Positions 55,326 to 64,000 of a DNA stretch of 64,000 nt are shown piece by piece. The stretch lies in NCBI RefSeq assembly GCF_009914755.1, contig NC_060932.1. One strand, given 5' to 3'. This stretch comes from the human T2T-CHM13v2.0 reference genome, Homo sapiens. Every line of letters starts with the position of its first letter. Within the stretch, counting starts at the first letter, position 1. The translations under genes were made by a program, and so were the position numbers. Below the pieces are notes generated by a model. That model was not told where the DNA came from. It did no database searches and saw nothing but the letters and a program-made list of their open reading frames with translations.

Positions 55326-56999
55326 CTGGTAAACAGCAAAGAATACACACTTAGTGGGAATTCACCGTCTATACTTTTTAAATGTGTTATTAAAAACACG
55401 ACAACTGGGCAGTTGCAACACTCATGCTTGTGAGTGTCTTATATCCTAAGTGAGGTTCCCTTGGCTTGTTTTCTTTCATTTGCAAAGTCTGGCTACAAGA
55501 ATGATTTAGTTCTCCCTAAAAATCATTGCCAAAAGACAAAAAATGTATAAGTATCTATCTTAAAAACCTTTCAAAGTTAGAAAAAAAGCCTTTAAAACCA
55601 TATTACAGCATGTTATGATAAACTCCCTATTATACTTTTACAGTAGCAATGTCAATGCTGCTTGAACATAAAACCTGTCATCTACATCAATCTTTATATC
55701 TTCCAAGTATTTTTATATTGATCGTTTTATACCCGCAACCCTGAAGGTAGGATAAATGTGGTGACTGAGGCTCAATACATTCTTATAAATACATATAATC
55801 AGGAATTGCCTTCAGGGAAAAGGTATAGAATCCTGGTCCACTGAATTCTACCTCCACTGTTTCTCCAACCCCCATCTCCCTCCCTCCAATACCTGGTACT
55901 CTGAAATGAGTTTTAAACAATCAGCTGCTGTCCAAAACATCTTTAAGTAGTTATCTGATGTGGTGTGTTTACAAAATTATGTATGTTACATTACAGGCTT
56001 TACCCAGACCTTGGGACTGTTCTTGAGTTCTGAAAATGACTAGAATCTTCCATTATTTTCAGGTTTCTTCAATTCTACATGCTTTCTTAATGACTCTCCC
56101 ATTCACCCGCCCCTATTTCTTGTCCTGGGACCAAATGGTTGCTAGAGGCAACCAGTGTGAATGTTCTAATCTTCCAAGACACACACACTGGCTCACCTAG
56201 GCAGGTAACTCAGTAAATGGTAACTCTAGCTATCACTCTCCCTTGCTAGCAATGCCTATTTTCCTATACCTACCAAATTCCTATCCTTGGGGCTTCTTTC
56301 AAGTTCCACCTGCTGCAGGAAGCCTCCCCTACCTGCTCCTTGTCCACATGAATGTATTCTTTCCTTGTCTCCTACAATAATTGTGTCTCTTTACTATTTA
56401 ACACTTGGATCCTAGTTTTCTTATTGTTATGTGAAACACATGTTTAGAAGCCAGAAATAGGGGTTCAAATGCTAGTTCAGGACCTATTATGTTTTAAGCT
56501 ACTTAACTTCTCTGAATCTCAACTTTCACATGAGAAACAAGGATAATCCTTTTTCAGGCAAACAAGGACAATAGTTAATATATTTAAGTACTTAGCTTTC
56601 CTCCACCTGACAGATAGTAGATGCTCAATAAATGCTGAATTGAAAAAAATGCAGGACCCAGGTCTTATTCTTCTCTCATCCCTTAATAAACCTGGCATGA
56701 GCTACAAGGAAAGACCTACATGATTATTAGTTATTTTTCCTTATATAGCTCACCTCTTGTCTCAGGAAACCAAAGTGAGTAATGCTTTTTTCCCTTTGCA
56801 ATTATAATTACCCGCATGAGTGTCATCACAGTCAGGGTACTAGTAATACTTTTCATATGACTAATTGGCATAGTATTTTATCATTTTTAAAGATAAGGTT
56901 TTGTGGGGTTTTTTTTGGATGTTGTTTCATTTTATTTTTCTAGTAACTCTTGGAATGCAGGTAGGGAAGGTATCATTAAACTTTATATACTAGAAATCT

Positions 57000-57217
57000 T
57001 CTTATTATTTACTTATTTTTGAGACAGGGTCTTGCTCTGTTGCCCAGGCTAGAGTGCAGTCGCATGACTGTGGCTCACTGCAGTCTCAATCTCCTGTGCT
57101 CAAGCAATCTTCCCACCTCAGCCTCCAGAGTAACTCGGACTACTGAGATGTGCCACCATGCTTAATTTTTTAATTTTTTTTTGTAGAGACCAGGTCTCAC
57201 TATGTCACCCAAGCTGG
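57000..57217 (-). mobile_element. AluJ, 5'-truncated
   Basis: 16-bp TSD TATATACTAGAAATCT at 56984-56999 and 57218-57233. Confidence 0.92.
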
Positions 57218-57473
57218 TATATACTAGAAATCTAAGCTCAGTTGAGAGTGGTTAACATCAGGAATACCACTTTTACCTTAACTTACAGTTTACAAAGCAT
57301 TTTAATACCCATTTTCTTATTTGATGATTACTCAAGATCCTAATAGCACTTAAAATGTAATACCCTTAAAGTCTTCCAGATATCAGTGGACACTAAACTT
57401 GGTGTGATCTGTGTTTTGTGGCAGCTACAAATAACCAAGATTTTTTTATTTTTAAGAAAATACCAATTGGTTA

Positions 57474-57960
57474 CAGTGCGTGCTTGAACACCACGGGTTT
57501 GAAATGCACAGGTCTGCTTATATGTGGATTTTGGAAAATAAAAGTTACACCAACCGTGCCTTGCTTCTCCTGCCTCCTTTTCTGCCTCTTCTGCCTCTAC
57601 TACATCTGAGACAGCTAGATCAACCCCCCTCTTCCTCCCCCTCCTCAGCCTACTCAACGTGAACGTGAGGAGGATGAAGACCTTTATGATGATCCACTTT
57701 CACTTAATGAAGTGTAAATGTATTTTCTCTTCCTTGCAATTTTCTTATTAACATTCTTTTCCCTAGCTTAAAGAATAGAGTATATAATACATATAGCATA
57801 CCAAGTATGTGTTAATAGACTATTTGTTATCAGTAAGGCTTCCAGTCAATAGCAGTAGTTAAGTTTGAGAGCAGTCAAAAGTTACACTCAGATTTTCAGG
57901 GGGTGGCAGGGTGGGGTTAGGATTGGTACTCCAACTCCAATGGTGTTCAAAGGTCAACTG
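57474..57960 (+). mobile_element. Tigger2a/MER28-type non-autonomous DNA transposon
   Basis: TA|CAGT..CTTGAACACCACGGGTTTGAA ... GTTCAAAGGTCAACTG|TA; 'cctactcaacgtga...gaagacctttatgatgatccac'. Confidence 0.88.
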
Positions 57961-58437
57961 TATATTGCCTCCATTATAAACCAGGGGTGGATTTAATGTC
58001 TTGCCCCAAGCCTAAAGAAAACTAACCCCTGCAAAGGCAATGCTTTGTTATTTGTAAAAGAGGTAGCTGTGCATTCTCAGAAAGTTTCTCTTTCTTGTTA
58101 CTCATGTAATCTCTCAATGTTCTTCTCAACGTAGAGTCACAAAATTAAGAGAACTTGATGTCTCTAAAATGTACAGTACAGTCCTTATATCTTTATTCCT
58201 TTATATTTCAAAGATCAAATTTCAAGTTTCCACCATTCAAAATAACTAAATCTGCCAGCACTAAAATATTTCCTATAGAATGCTGTCTTTAAGAATTCAC
58301 CACGACTTGGGCAATTTACCTACCAAGGCCTGTTTCTGACTTTCCATAGTTCTAAGCTAAGTTGATTTAAGGAAATACATGAAAATATTAATTAAAATAA
58401 CTACCTTATTTGTTTTACAAGGTCTGTTTTTTCCCTG

Positions 58438-58726
58438 AGATATGAACCCGGTGGCAGATAACGGAATCATGGGGGTGATTTCCCTCATACTGTTCTCATG
58501 GTAGTGAATAAGTATCACAAGATCTGATAGTTTTATAAGGGAAACCCCCTTTGCTTGATTTTCATTCTCTTGCCTGCTGCCATGCAAGATGTGCCTTTTG
58601 CCTTCTGCCATGATTATGAGGCCTCCCCAGCCACGTGGAACTATGAGTCCATTAAACCTCTTTTTCTTTATAAATTACCCAGTCTCGGGTATGTCTTTAT
58701 CAGTAGCATGAAAATGGACTAATACA
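58438..58726 (+). mobile_element. THE1 solo LTR with an internal deletion right after its 5' terminus
   Basis: perfect TSD CCCTG at 58433-58437 and 58727-58731; ends GGACTAATACA. Confidence 0.9.
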
Positions 58727-59115
58727 CCCTGCATCTCTTTTTAAGAAACAAAAATGAGACAAGTAAGTTTTATCATCCATTCCATTTCCACCCCCTACCC
58801 CAAGCTTTAAGTTTGCGGACATCCTCAAACTATTGTTATGAGCAAATATGTAAATATATATATATATACACACACACACATTTATTTTCAACATATGTTG
58901 AAAATAAAAACCTTTGTGATTTTCTTAATGCATATACATCTTTAGTAATTGTTTTGTTTTTAAGTCACATAAATAATACACTATATCAACCTTCTGTTAC
59001 TTTTTTCTCCAGTTAAAAGTTTGAGATTTCATCCATTTTAGCTGTTTTCAATGTATGAAACAAACTTATTTTTTCATTATATTTCTGCTGGGGTTGGCAA
59101 AAGTATTCCGTAAGT

Positions 59116-59422
59116 CAAGGGTCCCCATCCCCTGGGCCGAGGACCAGTATCGGTCCATGCCCGTTAGGAATCAAGCAGCACAGCAGGTGACTGATGGCCA
59201 AGTGAGCATTACCGCCTGAGCTCCATCTCCTGTCAGATCAGCAGTGGTCTCTGTGAACTGCACATGCAAGGGATCTAGGTTGCACACTCCTTATGAGAAT
59301 CTAACGCCTGATGATCTGAGGTGGAACAGTTTCATCCCGACACCTCCCCCCTTACCCCTGTCCATGGAAAAACTGTCTTCCACAAAACCGATTCCTGGTG
59401 CCAAAAAGGTTGGGGACTGTTG
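59116..59422 (+). mobile_element. MER1B (hAT-Charlie)
   Basis: 'gggtccccatcccctgggcc...ggtgccaaaaaggttggggactg'; 8-bp TSD c(c/t)gtaagt. Confidence 0.9.
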
Positions 59423-59510
59423 CTGTAAGTGACCAAATAGCAAATATTTTAGGATTTGCAGAACATACAGTCTCTATCAAATATTATTTTTAAAAAACAG
59501 TTCTTTAAAC

Positions 59511-60081
59511 AGTTATGGCAGGGTCCCCAAGACCACTGTCCAGTTCAATGACTCACAGAACTCAGAAAAGTTACGTTGACAATTAGTTTATTAGAGCAAA
59601 AGTACAGTTTAAAATCAGTACAGTTTTAAAAGGCAGATAGGAAAGAGTTCAGAAGAGAGCAGGACAGGCTTCCAGTTGTCCCATCTGACAGGAGATGCAT
59701 GCACAGCACTTAATCCTCTCTGAATGAGTGTGGGTCATTTATGAAATATTATCAACCAGGGAAGCTGAGACTTGGTGTCCAAGGTTTTTATTGGGTGTTA
59801 GTCACATAGGCATGGAGAACAGAAATGGCAGATGTTATTCAGTTTCCACCTCCCCCGGCGATTAAATTGATACTGCAAGGTGCAATGCCCTCACCATAAA
59901 TCTGTAGCATAAACTATCTGGTGTGATCCAAGGCCCCAGGTAAACAAAGGCCTTGCATCAGGCAGGATATTCCAGGGGCTTAGCGCTGTGATCTCCCAGG
60001 AGCAAGTTGAGGGCTAGACCTTTCTTTGAAAGGTGCAGGTTTCAACACGCCAGATCTATTAAGTCACTCCTTTCATACACA
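59511..60081 (-). mobile_element. MER21/MER77-family LTR
   Basis: 'gggtccccaagaccac', 'gactcacagaactcagaaaag', 'cttggtgtccaaggtttttattggg'. Confidence 0.75.
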
Positions 60082-60729
60082 CGTTAAAAACGTTCTTAGT
60101 TCATGGGCCAGGGAGTAGATGTGACTGGAGACTCTAGTGCTAAGTGTCTTTTAAGTTACCTTTTTCTTCCTGCTATTTCAATAACTGCTGTAAGAAACAT
60201 CCTTGTACATTTTTCATTGTATACATATGCCATATATTAATGACAAAGTTATGTTCTTTCAGAAGTATGTAAAATTGGAAATATATAAAATATGCGATTC
60301 TCTTTAAAAGCAAATCAGTCTCTAATGCTAATCACTAGAACCCCAAAATTATTAATAAATTTCAGTCTTTCTTAGTAAGAAAACTGAATTTACAATCTAG
60401 CGAACATAAAAATTTTGTATAGATACTAGATTTAAGCAAAGATCTCAAGAAATATTCGAGTATCATATGTATTCTGTCATAAGCAATAAACTGCTGTTGC
60501 TTTTCTGCCATTTCATATAAAAAGAAAGGAACTTTTTAGTCTAATTGTTTTATCATACATATGTTCTCCTAATCTGAACTGTAACCTCTGTGTGAATATC
60601 GACGTTATGAAAAAAAAAGCTTTACTTGTCAAAATATGACCAATATAGGAGACTGGTAGTTCATAAACTGCATTTATTAGTATCTTTAAATGTAGATAAA
60701 TTTAACAAAATACTGTAGTTTTTTTTCCC

Positions 60730-63700
60730 TCTCTAAATCTAAGGTTCTCTTTTACAACACATCAATGTGATTTCCAGTTTTTGAAAAAAGCAATTCAGTC
60801 TTCTCCCAGCAACAAATGCCTACAAGCTTTAAGTGTTCTGACAATTTCTGTACCTAAATATGATGCAAAACTTTAGTCTTATAAAAAGACAGATGTTGAA
60901 CTGCTGTTATAAGCAATATGTAATTTCAACTTTACTAAAGTATGAATTATTTTCTCAACATGTTTGCCAATCCCTGATATTATCTGACTGGATGTGAAAT
61001 GGTATCTAACTGTGCTGACTGGCATTTCCTTGACTCCTAGTGAGCTAAAACATTTTTCTGTTAATTGACCTTTTGGTTCTCTCTCATATATCACTCATTT
61101 ATTCCCCCCTTAAGTAGTCCTTTATGTAATTTGGACACTTCCTTTGTCAGTTCCTGGTAGATAATTGCAAGGTAAGTACCTTCCACGTCTGTGGCTGGCC
61201 CTCTAATATTCAGTGTCTTTTGTCATACTTAAGTTTCTAGTTTTAATATAGTCAGATGTGTGACTCTTTTTCTTCATGGTTCCCACTTTGAGTCACATCC
61301 AACAACTCCTTCCTTACATTGGTTCAAATTTTCCTGTATTACCTTCTAAAATATTTAAAATGGTATTCCCGCCCCCTCCCCCCTCCGCCACATTTAGGTC
61401 TTTAATCTACCAGTTTTTAAAAATATGGTGTGAGAAGGGTATATAATTTTTTCACATACAGACATGCAATTGTCCTAGTGCCATTTATTGAAAAGTTACT
61501 AATTTCTCCACTGTGTCACGTATCAAGTTCTCATGTATCTGTTTCTGTACCATAGATTTACATGTCTATCCTGGCATCACAAGGGCTGTGTTATCACTAT
61601 AGTTTTATAAGCCCTACTGTCTTTTATGATAGGTACTCCCCTATTTTTCCTGTTTAAAAAAAAAAATCTCAGCTTTGTCTTTCCACATTCAGGTTAGGTT
61701 GATTAAATTCCATAAAAAGTTTTGTTGAGAATTTGATTGGAACTTCAGTGAATTTATAGATTTGGAGAGAACTGGTACTTTAATGCACTGATTTTTCCCA
61801 TTCTCTAACATAGAATACTGCTCCATTCATTTTAGTCTACTTCTACAAAATCTTGCATATTTTTATTGGATGTATTATTAGGTCCCCTTAGAGTTTTAAT
61901 TGTGAATGAAATTCTTTCAAATAATACACTTTCAAACACACTGAAGTGGAAAAGAACACTACTAATTCTTGCAGATTGCTCTTATATCCAAAATCTCTCA
62001 ACACTCACATTAGTTTTGCTACTTTGTAGTTTTCCTTGGACTTTCAAATAAACAATGATCTTGCCCATTAACAATAATTGATTCTCTCTTTCCAGTCTTT
62101 ATGCCTATTATTTATTCTTCTAGTCTCACTGCACTGGCCAAGATCTCCAGTGCAACATGGAACAGATGTATTAATACAATATCCCATTCCTGTACTATTG
62201 CTGACATTAAGGAACATCTCTAAAGTTGTACCATTAACTTGTAACAATAACTATGGGTTTTGGTAAGCTATCATTTATCGTACTAATACGTTTATTCATC
62301 TATTAAGAGGATGTTTTATTTTTAAAATCCTAAGTGAATATAACTTGCATTTTGCTGGTTCTCCCCCTCCAACTCCCTGCATTCACTGAGATAGTAACAT
62401 GCCTTTTCTCTTTAACCTATTAACATGGTATATACTATGTGAAAAGATTTTACAGTGTTAAATCATTCTCCCATATGGAAATAATCCTTACTTGGTCACA
62501 ATGAATGTATTTTAATAAATCATCCAGAGCTTGTGCATTATTCAGAGTAGATTTTAAAAAACAGATTGAGACTTATTTACTAATACATATTTGGCAACAC
62601 TAATCAAAAAATATCTAAAATTTCAAATTTATTCACATAAATTCACAATCACTTTCTAAATCAAATAATTTTAATTTTATCCGTTTTCATGCCTTATTTC
62701 TTTCCTGATATCAAGCTTTTTTTTTTTTTTTTAATTTTAGACAGGCAGGGTCTTGCTCTGTTGCCCAGGCTGGAGTGTAGTGACACAATTATAGTTCACT
62801 GCAGGCTCAAACTCCTGGGCTCAGATGATCCTCCTGCCCCAGCCTGCCAAGTAACTGGGACTACAAGTGCATGCCACTGCACCCAGTTAATTTTTAAAAT
62901 TTTTGTAGAGACAAGGTCTCACTATATTGCCCAGGCTAGTCTTGAACTCCTGGCCTTAAGCTATCCTCATGCCTCAGCCTCCCAGTGCTAGGATTACAGG
63001 CATGAGCCACTGTGTCTGGCTAAGTTATCTTTTCTTATTGATTAATTTTGCCAGGCGAGTGATAACCTCTACCCTGATTCTATCACCACAAATTAGTTTA
63101 AAATGTTCCCTTATGCTTTATGTCCTTTAAATAGTTGCCTACCCCAAAACATGAAGACACTCTCCTGTTTCATTATTTCCTTTCGCATTTAAACCATATT
63201 CCACATGGAATTGATTTTTCTATATATATGGTATCAAGGAAGGGGTCTACTTTTTTCCCCAATACAGCTATCTAATTGACTGTACCATTACAATAGTTTC
63301 TCTTTCTCATAAATCACAGATGACCTAAATGTGTGGATCACCACGTATACAGAATTCTGTTACTTTGTTCTATTTTGTTCTAGTCTACTTTGCTCTAGTC
63401 TGTTACTTTGGTCTATTTGTCTATCCTTATGCCAGCCAACAACAGTGTTAATTACAACTACACTTTTATAATCACAGGTCTTATGTCTGTTGGTGAACAT
63501 TTTTCAGTTTTATTGCTCAAGTTTATCTTGGATATTCTCGGTCCTTTGCATTTCTTCAGTTTGTTAATTTCTCCAACATACTGTTGGGATTTTGATAATA
63601 TCATATATTGAAGTTACAGATTAATTTACAAAATTGACTTCCAAGTCATGAACATGGTATATCCATATATTTAGAATTAAAAAAAAATGCTTAAATGATT

Positions 63701-64000
63701 GGAAAATTTCTTGTATTTATTTTACGCTAGTGTAAATGGTATCATTTTATCAATTTCTATTTGTTTCTGATATATAGAAATACAATTTCTGTATAGTTTG
63801 TATTCAGTGACCTTGATAAGTTATTTTGTTTGTTGAGTCTTTTCAAATTTCTATGCACACAACCAGTTGTCTATAAATGGTATTATTTTCTTCTTTCTAA
63901 ACGTTCTATCTTTTTACTTCAGGCCTTACGTTATTGGCTAATATCTCAAATATGTTAAACAGTAGAGGTTATTATTGTTTTTAGACTTCAAAGAACCAAC
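60730..64000 (-). mobile_element. Old L1M (L1ME-like) ORF2/3' remnants
   Basis: 'gtgaaatggtatct', 'gaatttgattgg', 'ccattcctgtac..gacatt', 'catgaacatggtatatc'. Confidence 0.8.
62717..63021 (-). mobile_element. AluJ
   Basis: full dimer in antisense with J diagnostics. Confidence 0.92.

Larger units (their letters stand above)
59087..60140 (+). mobile_element. MER58C/D-like element split by MER1B and an LTR
   Basis: 'ggggttggcaaa..gtaag|tgaccaaatagcaaatattttagg'...'aaaaacgttcttagttcatgggcc'. Confidence 0.6.

Noticed and set aside
58622-58634. PRDM9 hotspot motif in THE1 LTRs
   Set aside because: The sequence is CCTCCCCAGCCAC, lacking the T of CCNCCNTNNCCNC (CCTCCCTAGCCAC). The LTRs at 44.3 and 47.6 kb also lack it.
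58395-58780. Possible - strand exon disrupted by THE1 (…AAATAAG|gtagtt)
   Set aside because: Weak splice signals and no recognisable peptide.
63354-63420. Degenerate TTCT(A/G)TTACTTTG-like stutter
   Set aside because: Low-complexity slippage inside an old L1; not distinctive.

Overview
Primate (very likely human) nuclear DNA, intergenic or deep-intronic. I found no credible protein-coding gene, RNA gene, CpG island or CRISPR/prokaryotic system. The supplied ORFs are short, and the longer or recognisable ones are Alu, MaLR, ERV-L or Tigger translations. The window is dominated by interspersed repeats: about 24 Alu copies or fragments, old L1M/L2/L3/MIR pieces, MaLR/ERV LTRs (MSTA, THE1, MLT1, MER11, MER50-like, LTR16, MER77-like) and DNA-transposon fossils (Tigger1, Tigger2a, MER1B, MER58, MER63, MER75, MER81, MER102). 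Many have readable target-site duplications (TSDs). Items most worth a second look: (1) a four-level nested insertion, L1M > full-length Tigger1 > two-LTR THE1 provirus > MER11 solo LTR + Alu (~43-51.6 kb); (2) an ERV-L pol fragment inside an LTR16 LTR (32.66-32.82 kb); (3) a micro-scale dup/inverted-dup scar whose filler matches DNA 2.4 kb upstream (34.7-34.9 kb); (4) a 25-bp stem hairpin whose only mismatches are G:U-compatible (14.0 kb); (5) a candidate 30-nt minus-strand microexon (55.3 kb). I cannot support a previously undescribed biological system here. Repeat subfamily names come from recalled consensus sequences and need RepeatMasker/Dfam confirmation; boundaries of old repeats are approximate.
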